A stretch of 64,000 bases of DNA from Candidatus Multivoradales bacterium (GCA_965223855.1 CBDCXM010000009.1:1024001-1088000); one strand, 5' to 3'. Shown: positions 10,268 to 20,374, counted from the first letter of the stretch. Program-made: numbers and translations. Notes: a model not told the origin generated them from the letters alone.

Positions 10268-12415
10268 TCAGGGGTCGAGGACCAGACAGCTCAGCAGGTT
10301 CTCCGCGTCGTACCGCCACGAGCCCTGACCGAAGGTCGAGACGTAAAGGAAGCGGCTCTCGAGCGGGTCGATCTCGATATCGGGAATGGCGGTGAAACGC
10401 AGCGGTAGCGCACCGGTGAGGGAGCGGAAGCTCGCGCCGCTGTCCTCACTGATCTCGACCCCCCCGCCGTGCATGCCGCGGTGGCCGGCGTAGCCGTGAG
10501 CGACATAGATCCGCCATGGGCAACTCGGGTCGGCTTCGACGTCGCTGACGGTGCGGCCCGGCGCGCCGTGGACCCGCACGAAGTCGCCGCGACCGACCTT
10601 GCGGTAGAGGCCGTCGGTGGTGGCCGCGAACACGGTCAGAGGCGACTGGCCGCTCGCCGGCACGACTTCGATCTTGAAGACGACCGCCGGCGGTGCCTGC
10701 TGAAGCCCGAACGGCCGGAAGTTCGCCCCGCCGTCGCTCGAATAGAAGATGCCACCGCCGGCGGTGCCGACCAGCAGCTCCCTGGTGAAGACGAGCTGGC
10801 CGGGAGGGAGGAAGGCCACCGACACCGCACCCGCTCCCAGCGAAGGACTCGAGCTCCAGATGCGGCCGCCGTCGCTACTCACGGAGACCGTGTCGCCGGT
10901 GGCGAAGGCCACCAGGTCGGGGTCTGTCGGATAGATGGCGATCGACGCCGGGGTCCAAACTGCAGGGGCCTCGAGACGGCTGGCGCGGTGAATCGCCGGC
11001 TGGATCCGAGGCCGCACCGTCGACCAGACGACGTCTTCGCACACGGCCGCCGATCGTGCGTTGAACGTCCGCCCGAGTACTTCTCCGTCACAACTGCGGA
11101 CGTAACCGTGGTCCGGATCGCTGGGTGCGATCGCCAGCGCGAAATTGTCGCCGCAACCGGTGCCGTCCTGAATCGCCTCCCAGTTGAGGCCGAGATTGTC
11201 GGAACACAGCAGGCCGTTGTCCTGTGAGCCACTGAAGAGGCGCCGTTTGTAGCCCGGCTGGGAGATGCCGGCGAGCGTCGTGACGTACGGCTGCCAGGTC
11301 GAGAGGCCGGGAGTGACGAAGACGAACGGGTTGGTCGGCGCCTGCCCGGGGATGAAGTCGAAGGTGCCGAAGACCCCGGCGGTGCCGATCGTGTGACCGT
11401 CGGTGGCGAACCACAGCTTGCGACGCGGCTCGTCCCAGTAGATGCCCCGCACATCCGGGTGCAGCTCGTCGGCCCAGACGCTCGACCAGGTCTCGCCGCC
11501 GTCGGTCGTCTGGTAGCCGATCACCGCTCCGAGAATCAACTGATGCTCGCTCGGCGCGATCAGGGTGCGCGGCGCCCACGAAGCCGTCGGCAGCGCTCCG
11601 TCCGTGGCGCACCACGGCTCCCCGCCGTCGCTCGTCACGACCCGCGTCGGCGACTCGAGAACCGCGGCGAGCCGATGCGCGGTGCCACGCCAGGTGAGCT
11701 CGACGACGCGACCGTGCTCCGGCAACCCGTCCGACATCGGCTCCCAGCTCGTGCACGGATCGGTGTCCCACCAGGAGCAGCGGGTGCGGTAGATCCGGTT
11801 GCCGTAGGTCGCCTCGGCGAGCGCGATGTAGACGCGCCCCGACACGTCGTCGGCGGCGATGGCGGAGACACAGTTGTCCGGATTCGACGTGCCGCCGGTG
11901 AAAGGAAAGTGCTGCACGAACTTCGCCCCGTCGAGCGAGTAGAAGAGCCCCGAGCACGGCTTGGCCCACAGCACCACCTGACCCTCCGCCCCGGCCAGAT
12001 GGGCGAACCCCTTGTACTCGCCGCCCGAGGTCAGCGGCGCCGGCGAGCGCGTGCCCGTGAGATTCGACCAGGTGCCGCCGAAATCGATCGAAGCATAGAG
12101 GTCGCTTCGCGTGGAGGCGTAGATCCGCTCGCCGTGGGTGCGGTCCCATGCGAGGTGTCGGACGTGGAAGTCCTCGAGCCCGAGGTTGCGGGCGAGAGCC
12201 CAGCCGGAGGTCGTGGAGGTCGAGACCCAGACACCGCCGCCTGAAGCCCCCGCCATCCTGTAGAGGGGATTCGTCGGGTGCACCAGAACTGCGTTGATGC
12301 GCCCCGGAAGTTCGGGGCCGAGCGGGATCCAGCCGGCAAGCAGCGAGGTCGAGCAGGCCGCGATCGCCAGACAGACGAGAAGCAGGGTCGTCGAAGCGCG
12401 ATTCGAGTCGGTCAT
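10268..12415 (-). CDS. Secreted BNR/Asp-box repeat beta-propeller (VPS10/GH74-like)
   Basis: Repeated SxDGGxxW/F motifs, LHPDVR, GSQDNG, STFGQGSW. Confidence 0.8.
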   Translation of the reverse strand: MTDSNRASTTLLLVCLAIAACSTSLLAGWIPLGPELPGRINAVLVHPTNPLYRMAGASGGGVWVSTSTTSGWALARNLGLEDFHVRHLAWDRTHGERIYASTRSDLYASIDFGGTWSNLTGTRSPAPLTSGGEYKGFAHLAGAEGQVVLWAKPCSGLFYSLDGAKFVQHFPFTGGTSNPDNCVSAIAADDVSGRVYIALAEATYGNRIYRTRCSWWDTDPCTSWEPMSDGLPEHGRVVELTWRGTAHRLAAVLESPTRVVTSDGGEPWCATDGALPTASWAPRTLIAPSEHQLILGAVIGYQTTDGGETWSSVWADELHPDVRGIYWDEPRRKLWFATDGHTIGTAGVFGTFDFIPGQAPTNPFVFVTPGLSTWQPYVTTLAGISQPGYKRRLFSGSQDNGLLCSDNLGLNWEAIQDGTGCGDNFALAIAPSDPDHGYVRSCDGEVLGRTFNARSAAVCEDVVWSTVRPRIQPAIHRASRLEAPAVWTPASIAIYPTDPDLVAFATGDTVSVSSDGGRIWSSSPSLGAGAVSVAFLPPGQLVFTRELLVGTAGGGIFYSSDGGANFRPFGLQQAPPAVVFKIEVVPASGQSPLTVFAATTDGLYRKVGRGDFVRVHGAPGRTVSDVEADPSCPWRIYVAHGYAGHRGMHGGGVEISEDSGASFRSLTGALPLRFTAIPDIEIDPLESRFLYVSTFGQGSWRYDAENLLSCLVLDP

Positions 12416-12615
12416 GGGTGTCTCCCTGGAGCGGTAGGCGTCAGCGGGTGGCCGACGAAGCTGTCGGGCTCAGGTGCGTTAGCCGGATGAGCCTACGAGT
12501 ATGGGCGTTGCCCTTCTCTCTTGATTACGCCGTGAGTGCGGGGAAACCGCCACGCCTCCTCATCACTGCGAGGCAGGCGGGCGAAGCTCCGCTGCAGCTG
12601 CAAGCGCGGGCGAAC

Positions 12616-13068
12616 TCAGGTGCCGGCTTCCGGCAGGACGTAGGTTCCCTGGCCGGTCGCACAGGGCTCGCCCTCGTTGTCGTCCGTCCACACCGTGACC
12701 GTACCGATCACCGTCCGCCGCGTCGCTCGATTGAGCTCCGCCCTGGCGTAGACCGCGTCGCCCACCGCCGGCCGGAGGAAGCGGATCGACAGGTCCGAAG
12801 TCAGCGCCAGCGGCTCGATACGACCGCCGGCGCCGAAGGCGAGGTACCACAGCGCGGCATCGGCGGCGGCAAAGAGCGTCGGTCCGGAGATGTAGCCCCC
12901 TGGCCGTATCGCATCGGCACCGGGGCGCAGCTGTGCAGTAGCCCTCGTCGGGCCGATGTCGATGCAGGTGCATCGGGCGTTGGGCCACGCGTGATCGATG
13001 GCGGCGTTGACTTCGGCGGGGTTCGGCACCTGGTGACTCACGGGTTGATCATTGCCGATCTCGGTCAC
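12616..13068 (-). CDS. PaaI-family (hotdog-fold) thioesterase
   Basis: RPGGYISGPTLFAAAD...LTSDLSIRFLRPA. Confidence 0.85.
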   Translation of the reverse strand: MTEIGNDQPVSHQVPNPAEVNAAIDHAWPNARCTCIDIGPTRATAQLRPGADAIRPGGYISGPTLFAAADAALWYLAFGAGGRIEPLALTSDLSIRFLRPAVGDAVYARAELNRATRRTVIGTVTVWTDDNEGEPCATGQGTYVLPEAGT

Positions 13069-13221
13069 TCGGAGTACATGTGGATGCTACGGCATTTGAA
13101 TGAGTTCTCTCCTGAAGGAGAGCGGTGCCGTCGCCAGTCGCTCGCCTGCTCGAACTCGAGGACATCGACCGCGACGCCGTCCGGGCGGCGTTCGAGCGCC
13201 ACGGAATGCTACGGTACTGGC

Positions 13222-13428
13222 GTGAACTCGAAGGCCTCGCCGGCTCTGGAGACTCTGGAAGCGGACCTGCCGACGACTGAAGCCGACAGCCGCCGGCTTG
13301 CCGAGCTGCGCCGTCGCCGTCCGGCCAACCCGTTCGACGAACTCGAAGCCCTTCTGCGAGCCCTCCCTCCCGAGGCGCGGCGGCAATCGCACGCGACCTC
13401 GGAGGGGTGGCCCGAGTTCGAGCTATAG
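13222..13428 (+). CDS. Small hypothetical protein (68 aa)
   Basis: GTG-started 3' part of ORF 12418-13428 (LEADLPTTEAD...EGWPEFEL) in an otherwise empty gap. Confidence 0.45.
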   Translation: MNSKASPALETLEADLPTTEADSRRLAELRRRRPANPFDELEALLRALPPEARRQSHATSEGWPEFEL

Positions 13429-13540
13429 GGTCAGGAGGGGCTGCGCCGGCTCGCCGGCCGGCTGAAAGGGCCTGAAGGGATCGATCTCCGAACGCGAGCA
13501 GCAGCGCGCCGGAGCATCTGCTCTCTTCGGCAGGCAACCC

Positions 13541-14011
13541 CTACCGCTTCGGCTGTGCCTGCGAGATGAGGTGACTCACGATCACCCACCGCCCATCGCG
13601 CCGCTCGAGAACCCGGAGGTGGTTCACGTGCCGGTCCGGCATCGGGTCGCCGCTCCTGAGCAACTGACCCTTCCGGACGAGCTTGCTGCGAATCAGCGCC
13701 GTGTCGTCGTCGAGGAAGGTGACGTCCTCGAACTCGTTGGTGCCTGAAGTTCCCGCCATGACGAAGTCGAGCGAGAAGATGTGCCCGAGGCCCTGGCGGA
13801 GGGCCTCGATGCCCTGGAACCGATCGCCGAACGCGTTGGTCCAGTCGACGTCACTGGCGTAGTCCTGCACCGCCAGCTCGACGTTCTTCTCGGCCCACCC
13901 CTGCTCCCACGAAGCGAGAACTGCGAGGACCTCGGAAGGGTCGGGTTCCGGCTGCGCAACGGAAGCCAGAGGGACGAGTAGCACGATCAGCCAGACCGAA
14001 CGGACCAACAT
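13541..14011 (-). CDS. Secreted NTF2/SnoaL-like protein (SgcJ/EcaC-like)
   Basis: Signal peptide; WTNAFG...RRDGRWVIVSH; ATG 14011 preceded by an RBS-like GGAGG. Confidence 0.8.
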   Translation of the reverse strand: MLVRSVWLIVLLVPLASVAQPEPDPSEVLAVLASWEQGWAEKNVELAVQDYASDVDWTNAFGDRFQGIEALRQGLGHIFSLDFVMAGTSGTNEFEDVTFLDDDTALIRSKLVRKGQLLRSGDPMPDRHVNHLRVLERRDGRWVIVSHLISQAQPKR

Positions 14012-14157
14012 GGAGCACCTCCGGTTGTCGAAGAGTGAACCTCTGCCGCAGGATACCTGGTCCACCTCGGATGCCCGGTTCGAGAGCCAGGGCGATCGGA
14101 CCTCGGCTCCACGCCCTGGGCCTGCCTGCGCAGGTCGAGCAAAGGCCGGCGCTCTCC

Positions 14158-15075
14158 TCAGGGCCCCTCCTTCCACAGCGGGCAGGGATTGTTGAACTCC
14201 GAGAGCATCATCCACTTGATCGTCGTGATCGTCGGCTTCTGGCTGTTGTAGTTCTTGACGTACGTCTTCCGCGAACCGCTGACGATCTCCAGCGTGTAGA
14301 AATCGTTGGTCTCGTCCTCGAAGCACAGCACCAGGTTGTAGATCCCCAACGGACCGCTGCCCTGGGCGTCGACATAGAGCGTGTAGCGGTAGATCCAGGG
14401 ATGGGTGTTCTCCACCAGCCGGATGCTGAACACCTTCGGCGCGGGACCGCCCAGCGGTGGCTCCTTGGAGTGGATGCACTGGCTCAGATCGCGGCTGCCG
14501 CCGATCGTGACCTGCGAGTTGACCGCGAGCTTGCCCCGCATGGCGACGCAGTAGGCCCCCTCCGGAATGCCGCACTTGCCGACGAACGGCGAGCCCGGAT
14601 ACGACGGCTCGAGCGTCGCCGGCGCCCAGAAGGCGATCCCGCGCTGGACGAAGCCCGGCGGCGGATCCTCGTAGCTCGTGTAAAAGAAGAGCTGCGAGCG
14701 GTTCGGATCGTCGGCGAAGCTTATGTACTCGTAGACCGCGACCGCGCCTTCGGCTTGCTCCGGATAGGCGTAGAAGGCGAGGTCTCCCCCGCTGAAGCCG
14801 GGCGGCGGGGTTGCGCTGCGGGTGAACCGGTAGACCGGCGTGCCGGTCGAATCCGACATCGGCTTCGAATGGACGAAGATCGGCGCGGTACCGGGGCCCT
14901 CGCCCGGCTTGAAGACCCCGAAGCCGAGCTGCTTGCCGCGCTGGAAGTAAGGCGGCACATCGGACCCGGTCGAGTAGTAGTAGACCGTCGACTGCTGCGG
15001 ATCGTGGGCGTGCATCGTGTACTCGTAAAGCGGCTCCGGCTGGAACAGCGCCTCGGCCATGGACTTGTCGCACAT
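14158..15075 (-). CDS. Hypothetical protein with aromatic-rich internal repeats
   Basis: Coding-like 305-aa ORF; repeated PVYRF / FFYT / GIAFWA-type segments. Confidence 0.65.
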   Translation of the reverse strand: MCDKSMAEALFQPEPLYEYTMHAHDPQQSTVYYYSTGSDVPPYFQRGKQLGFGVFKPGEGPGTAPIFVHSKPMSDSTGTPVYRFTRSATPPPGFSGGDLAFYAYPEQAEGAVAVYEYISFADDPNRSQLFFYTSYEDPPPGFVQRGIAFWAPATLEPSYPGSPFVGKCGIPEGAYCVAMRGKLAVNSQVTIGGSRDLSQCIHSKEPPLGGPAPKVFSIRLVENTHPWIYRYTLYVDAQGSGPLGIYNLVLCFEDETNDFYTLEIVSGSRKTYVKNYNSQKPTITTIKWMMLSEFNNPCPLWKEGP

Positions 15076-15271
15076 CAGGCTCTCCCCGGGTTGCTGCGGC
15101 AGATGCCGGCGGGATCTCCCCGCTTGCCCCGGCTCGCTGCCGCTTCGAGTTGTAGAAGGCTTCCGGCAGGGACGCTAGCACGCAGGAAGCGGCAGTGAGG
15201 CAAGGGTCCCGGGCAACCGCAGGTTCGTCGATACAGTCGCCTGTCTGAGAAGCGGGAGGTGGGTCGTTGGT

Positions 15272-15649
15272 CTAGGTTCTCTGGACCACCGCGCGGATCC
15301 AGGTGTCCAGCCGCGCCATGTCGAGTGTGCCGGCTTCCAGCTCGCCGACGAGGAACGCATGCGCCTCCGGCCCGTCGACCTCGAAGCGCCAGCCGTTGAG
15401 TCGCAGGAAGACGTCGGTGGCGAAGAAGGCGACCCGCTTGTTGCCGTCGACGAACGGGTGGTTCATCAGCTGCGATTCGAAGAGCGCCGCCGCCATCTGC
15501 ACCAGGTCGGCGTAGTAGCCGGTCTGGGGCCGATAGAGCGCGCTCTCCAGGAGGCCGTAGTCGCGTACCCCGGCCGCGCCGCCGAACGCCTCCAGCAGCC
15601 GCTCGTGGATCGCCAGCGCCTCGTCGACCGAGAGGAACGCGACCGTCAC
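15272..15649 (-). CDS. Doc/Fic-family toxin, copy 1
   Basis: HPFVDGNKR motif; GTG start overlaps the antitoxin stop (GTGA). Confidence 0.9.
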   Translation of the reverse strand: MTVAFLSVDEALAIHERLLEAFGGAAGVRDYGLLESALYRPQTGYYADLVQMAAALFESQLMNHPFVDGNKRVAFFATDVFLRLNGWRFEVDGPEAHAFLVGELEAGTLDMARLDTWIRAVVQRT

Positions 15650-15855
15650 TGGGCCAGCAGCCGCCCGAGCTCCTCGTTCGCCTCGATCGACGCCTCGAGG
15701 TGCTCGAGAACCTTGGGCCGGACGCGCCGCCGCCGCACGTAGTCGCGAATCGCCTCCGTCAACAGGCCGGAGATGCTCTGGTGCGACTCGGCGGCCAGCG
15801 CCTTGAGGTCGCGCCACGCCTGCTCGTCGACTTTCGAGCTGACCTTGATCGCCAT
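15646..15855 (-). CDS. Ribbon-helix-helix-like antitoxin, copy 1
   Basis: 69 aa, directly upstream of doc; SISGLLTEAIRDYV. Confidence 0.8.
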   Translation of the reverse strand: MAIKVSSKVDEQAWRDLKALAAESHQSISGLLTEAIRDYVRRRRVRPKVLEHLEASIEANEELGRLLAQ

Positions 15856-15861
15856 GTCAGG

Positions 15862-15891
15862 ATTCTAGGTTGACATGTCAAGAATCGTCAA
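15862..15891 (-). promoter_or_regulatory. Sigma70-type promoter with palindromic operator for TA copy 1
   Basis: Minus strand TTGACG-N18-TAGAAT ending 6 nt before the ATG; perfect palindrome TTGACATGTCAA at 15870-15881. Confidence 0.65.
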
Positions 15892-16049
15892 GCACTCGAC
15901 CTGCGAGCTCGGCGGTGTCCGCCAGCGTCGGATGAAGGGGCCACTCGAACGCAGTCCAGCTCGCTTCTATGTCGCCACCGCCGCCGCTTCTGCTCCGGGC
16001 CGTTCAGGGCGTCCGAAACGCGGCCTGCGACGCCGCTACTCGACCCCGG

Positions 16050-17297
16050 CTACCGCAGGCACGACCAGGCGCCGCGCTGGGCGAGAAAGTCCACCGCCAC
16101 CTCGACCTCGAGAATCTCGTCGGTGGCCACTCCCGGGACGGTGTAAGGCCCCTTGGTCTTGAGCGTGCCGCGCAGCCAACCGCGTATCAGGTTCTCTCCG
16201 AGGAGTGCCCCCCTGATCTCGAGACCGCCGCCCTCGGGCATCTCGAACCGGATGCTGCCACTCTCGGTCGCAAGCGGAAGGGTCGCCGTGACCGTGCCCG
16301 GCGTGACGTCGAGGTAGTTGCCGTACTGCCCGCCGTCTGCGGTCGGTATCTCGATGTTGCCCGACACCGTAAGGGTGAACGCATCGCCGAGCATCGCCTG
16401 TGCGTTCGCCAGCGTCGCTTTCGGGCCGGAACCTCCCTTGAGATCGGTGAGGCTCAGGCCGAAGTTGTCGCCGCTCGAGCCTTCGTCCGGTGAGAGTTCC
16501 TTCTCGAAGAACGCTTCGAGCTCCTTCTGCCCGGCGGTCGGCTCGCCCTCGGGGCGTTGTTCCTCCTCGCGCAGCTCTTCGAGCTGCTCCTCGTCGAGGC
16601 CGGTATCGAACCCCATCTCGTCGAGCTGGAGGAGCGCCTCGTTGATCCCGCCGACGAAGTCGCCCAGCATCTCCTGGCTGGTCGGATCGGCGATCGTGCC
16701 GACGGCAAACCCCTCCTTGACCCCCTCGTCGAAGGCGTTGAAGTAGGCGACGTCGCCATGAAAGTTGCCGTTGACGTGCCCGCGCACCGTGGCGGTCATC
16801 AGGCAGCGGTTGTCGAGCCGCTGGAGCACCACAACGAGCTCGGAGCTGGTGATCGCTTCGATCACGGCGTACCCCTCGTCCCCCGACACGTCCTCGTAGT
16901 CGAAGTCGATCCGCACGTTGCGATCGACCCGGCCTTCGTACGGCAGGATCTCCCGGTACATCCGCTCGATCGGGATCTCGTCGACCCACATCTCGATGAG
17001 CCCCGGGTAGCGCTCCATGCCCGAGTGTGCCGGCACGATCGACGCCTGGACCACCCCGGAGTCCCCCTCCCCCGCACGGGCGGCGAGCCGCAGGCAGCGA
17101 CTCCGCTCGGACTCCCACTCGCCCGAGAAGATGTGCGAGGCGGCATTGGCGGCGAGCGGAATCCGCTCGATCACCTGGTCCTCCCCGGCCGGCAGCGTGA
17201 TCTCGAGGCAACCGCCGTAGTCCACCGCCTCGACGGCGAGGGGCAGGCAGGTCAGCGTGGCGACGAGCATCAAAGTGGATCGTCGAAGTCGTGTCAT
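16050..17297 (-). CDS. Secreted acidic hypothetical protein
   Basis: Signal peptide; 415-aa ORF with host-like codon usage. Confidence 0.7.
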   Translation of the reverse strand: MTRLRRSTLMLVATLTCLPLAVEAVDYGGCLEITLPAGEDQVIERIPLAANAASHIFSGEWESERSRCLRLAARAGEGDSGVVQASIVPAHSGMERYPGLIEMWVDEIPIERMYREILPYEGRVDRNVRIDFDYEDVSGDEGYAVIEAITSSELVVVLQRLDNRCLMTATVRGHVNGNFHGDVAYFNAFDEGVKEGFAVGTIADPTSQEMLGDFVGGINEALLQLDEMGFDTGLDEEQLEELREEEQRPEGEPTAGQKELEAFFEKELSPDEGSSGDNFGLSLTDLKGGSGPKATLANAQAMLGDAFTLTVSGNIEIPTADGGQYGNYLDVTPGTVTATLPLATESGSIRFEMPEGGGLEIRGALLGENLIRGWLRGTLKTKGPYTVPGVATDEILEVEVAVDFLAQRGAWSCLR

Positions 17298-17445
17298 TTC
17301 GTTCCTGTCTCCGGTTCCCGGGTTTCTGCCGACAGCAGGGGCATCCTAGCTTCCGGGTAGCTCGAGACCACAGGCCTCCGACGGCGGCCGCCTCGGAGCC
17401 CACCTCGACCGGTGTCCTTGTGAGGCCCCCCAGTCAGGCCTGGAG

Positions 17446-18786
17446 TCACGGACCGAGCGGCCGGAGAAAGCGGCTCGTCACGTGCTCTCCGATCCGGCTG
17501 CCGAGCACGTTGCCCGCCTCCGAGTCGTAGCGGAAGTGGATCCCCAGGTAGATCCGGGAGAGGGCGCACTCCATCGCCGCGGACGAGAAGTCGTCGAACG
17601 ACCGCGTCGGCGGCTCCATCGCCACCTTTCCCGAGAACGGCCCGGCAATGTCGATTTCGTTCGTCGTCATCGTGAACGCGTAGCCGGTCCCGAAGGTGTC
17701 CTCCATCGCCGCCATGGCGGCCGCGCACGCCGTGCCGTGAGCCGACGGGTAGGACGGGAAGGCGTAGGTGTGGCGATGGAGGTTGTCCCAACCTTCGTCG
17801 GGCTCGGTGCTCGGGTTGCCGTCGTTGGCGGCCCAGCGGATCGCCGTGTAGGGGCGCCAGTGGTTGTAGAGGAACTTGTTCTCGAAGACGTTGATGTAGG
17901 CGTCGTAGAGGCTCATGTTGAGCAGGGCGAAGAGCCGCGCCGCATCCCACAGGTCGAGCGACTCGGCGACGACCAGCTGCCGAGCGAGACGATTGTGGGA
18001 GTTCTCGGCGAAGTCCTTCCACCACATCGCCAGATGAGCCTGGTCCTCGGTTCGCGTCTCGCTCTCGTGGCGCCCGACGCTCTTCACCTCCTCGAAGGCC
18101 GCCGTGTATTCGGCGCTCGCGATGTCCGGCGGCGGCGGCGCGCGAAACTGTCCCGGGTTGTCGAGGGTGAACGGGCGGGCGGCGGCCCACCCGGCGCCGA
18201 AGATGAACCCCTCGGGCGTGCCGCTGTGCTCGGCGAAATCGGCATAGACACCGGGACCCATCGGGTGCCACTGATACTGCGCCTCGGCGTCCCAGCCGTC
18301 GCCGGCACGCTCGGCCAGCACACGCTGTGCGCTCGCCCTCCCGAGCGCGCGGCCGCGCTCTCGAGCCTCCCCGCTCGGGGTTGCCTGCAGCCAAGCGGCT
18401 CCCTCGGTCTCGAACCGTTCGGCGTTGTCAGGGTACTCGTGAACGGCGATGGCCGTGGCTGCGGCGACCACGGCTGCCAACGGATCGGCATCGGCGGCCG
18501 ACTCCGCGGGAAGGTCCGGCTCTCCGGAGATGTAGCTCTCGTAGCGGGGCTCGATGGCGTTGAGGGCGTCATGAACCGCCAGGTGCATCATAGTGGCGGT
18601 GCGCAGACCCTTGAGGGTGAGGAAGCCGTCTTCTGCTTCCGCGACAGCCAGCACCAGCTGGTTCCAGCCGACCAGGGGTCGGGCGTCGGGAGGAGGCGGC
18701 GCCGGTTCCTCGGGCTTCGAGCAGGCGAGCGTCGCGGCGCAGCACAGTGTCAGGAGAATGGCGATCGGTGGTTGGGCTCGGCGCAT
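17446..18786 (-). CDS. Vanadium-dependent haloperoxidase / PAP2-superfamily lipoprotein
   Basis: ENKFLYNHWRP, FPSYPSAH and SRIYLGIHF motifs; lipobox LAC. Confidence 0.9.
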   Translation of the reverse strand: MRRAQPPIAILLTLCCAATLACSKPEEPAPPPPDARPLVGWNQLVLAVAEAEDGFLTLKGLRTATMMHLAVHDALNAIEPRYESYISGEPDLPAESAADADPLAAVVAAATAIAVHEYPDNAERFETEGAAWLQATPSGEARERGRALGRASAQRVLAERAGDGWDAEAQYQWHPMGPGVYADFAEHSGTPEGFIFGAGWAAARPFTLDNPGQFRAPPPPDIASAEYTAAFEEVKSVGRHESETRTEDQAHLAMWWKDFAENSHNRLARQLVVAESLDLWDAARLFALLNMSLYDAYINVFENKFLYNHWRPYTAIRWAANDGNPSTEPDEGWDNLHRHTYAFPSYPSAHGTACAAAMAAMEDTFGTGYAFTMTTNEIDIAGPFSGKVAMEPPTRSFDDFSSAAMECALSRIYLGIHFRYDSEAGNVLGSRIGEHVTSRFLRPLGP

Positions 18787-18899
18787 CTCGACCTCCGGCG
18801 GAGTGAATGTGGCGACACCGTATCCGGGCGTCGCTGTCGGCGGAAGTACAGAAAGTGTAGTTGCCGCTCCCGTGTGCACGCTGTCAGGATGCTGAGGCG

Positions 18900-19613
18900 A
18901 TGCCCAGAGGCTACGGTCAATACTGCCCCCTGGCGCTGGCAGCGGAGCTGCTGTGCCAGCGTTGGACGCTCCTCGTCGTCAGCCGGCTCATCGACGGCTG
19001 TACCCGCTTCAACGAGATCCACCGGGGGGTGCCGCAGATGTCGCCCTCGCTGCTGTCGAAGCGCCTTTCGGAGCTGGAGAGCGCCGGTCTTCTCGAGGCG
19101 CGAAGAGTCGGTGCCGGGCACCAGTACCTGCCCACGGCAGCGAGCCTGGAGCTCGCGCCGCTGATCGACGACCTGGCGATCTGGGGCCAGAGGTGGGCGC
19201 GCGACATGGAGGAACACGATCTTGACCCCGCGTTCCTCGTCTGGAGCATGCACCTGCGCATGGACGTCGAAGCGATGCCCGCCGGGCGCACCGTCATCGA
19301 GTTCAAGTTCAGCGGTGCGCCGAAGGACCTCGAGCGCTTCTGGCTGGTCCACCGCGACGGCACGATGGAGATGTGCCTCAAAGATCCCGACCTCGACGTC
19401 GATCTTCTCGTCTCCGCCGACCTGCGCCTCTTCGTCGAGGCCTGGCGCGGCTTCAGGGATCTCGGCAAAGAGATCGGGCGGGGCCGCATCCGGCTCGACG
19501 GGCCGGAGAGGCTATGCAGGGACTTCCCGCGATGGCTGCAGCTCAGCGCTCTGGCGAGCTACCCGCGCATGCGAAGCGGGCGGGAGAGGAGGCTCTCGCG
19601 CTCGGCGCAGTGA
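18900..19613 (+). CDS. HxlR-family winged-helix regulator with C-terminal SCP2-like domain
   Basis: YGQYCPLA...RWTLLVV...SPSLLSKRLSELE; divergent from the haloperoxidase gene. Confidence 0.9.
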   Translation: MPRGYGQYCPLALAAELLCQRWTLLVVSRLIDGCTRFNEIHRGVPQMSPSLLSKRLSELESAGLLEARRVGAGHQYLPTAASLELAPLIDDLAIWGQRWARDMEEHDLDPAFLVWSMHLRMDVEAMPAGRTVIEFKFSGAPKDLERFWLVHRDGTMEMCLKDPDLDVDLLVSADLRLFVEAWRGFRDLGKEIGRGRIRLDGPERLCRDFPRWLQLSALASYPRMRSGRERRLSRSAQ

Positions 19614-19624
19614 AGCGCCCAGGT

Positions 19625-19643
19625 AGGTGTCACAGGAATACTG
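19625..19643 (+). repeat. Isolated left-type end motif AGGTGTCACAGGAATACTG
   Basis: Identical to the motif at 50432-50450. Confidence 0.85.
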
Positions 19644-19840
19644 GAGTACTGCACTCGTTGAGGAGCGAAATCGGCTGACGGTCAGGCCCCATCTGGAGCT
19701 CGCTTGGGAGTAGGTGCCATCGGGGGGAACGGGTGTCCGCAACCACCGAACCCATGAAGTAGGAAGAGGCCTGGGGCCGCCGCGGCCGCTCAGAACTTCG
19801 GGGGTCTGGCGCCGTCGGATCTGCTGCGAGGTCCTGTCTG

Positions 19841-20374
19841 TCAGCTCTCGCCGCCGAAGAAGAACGAGCTGAGAGTAAGGTCCGCATCCGCCCACTCACC
19901 ATGCTCGAGGCGAAGCTCGATCGCTGTCACCCGTCGCAGCGGAGCCTGGCTTTCGAGACCCGAGATCCAACTCTTGACTTCCTCCATGTTGGGGCTCTCG
20001 AGGGTGAAGCGAGCTTCCAGCGTCGAATAAAAGTCCAGAACCGTCGGAGGGCCCATGTCCAGCACAGGTCTCGACCAGCCCAGCTGCTCAGCGAGGCGCT
20101 CGATTCGCTGGGCTTCGAACTCAGCGTCCAGCGACGGTGGAAGCCGGCTCTCGAGCTCCCGAAGATCGCGCTCGAGCCCGGCGATCGCCTGTGTCCACGA
20201 GTCTCCAGCAGCGGATGCGGCGCGCGACTCGGACAGGAGTTGCCGCATGTCGTCACGCTGCTTTCGCAACGCGCGCTCCTCGAGAGAGCGGTCATGCCCG
20301 CGCAGAGCGTCGTGTGCCACGAACACCACGATCGCCGCCAGAAGCGCGGGAACCCATCCCGAAGTCCGTTTCAT
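19841..20374 (-). CDS. PilO/GspM-like protein
   Basis: N-terminal TM, coiled coil, LESRLP...DFYSTL...ferredoxin-like C-terminus. Confidence 0.55.
   Translation of the reverse strand: MKRTSGWVPALLAAIVVFVAHDALRGHDRSLEERALRKQRDDMRQLLSESRAASAAGDSWTQAIAGLERDLRELESRLPPSLDAEFEAQRIERLAEQLGWSRPVLDMGPPTVLDFYSTLEARFTLESPNMEEVKSWISGLESQAPLRRVTAIELRLEHGEWADADLTLSSFFFGGES

Noticed and set aside
13541-15181. Single 546-aa fusion ORF
   Set aside because: Only the last 156 aa are protein-like and have their own RBS and signal peptide; the upstream part overlaps the 14158-15075 gene in another frame
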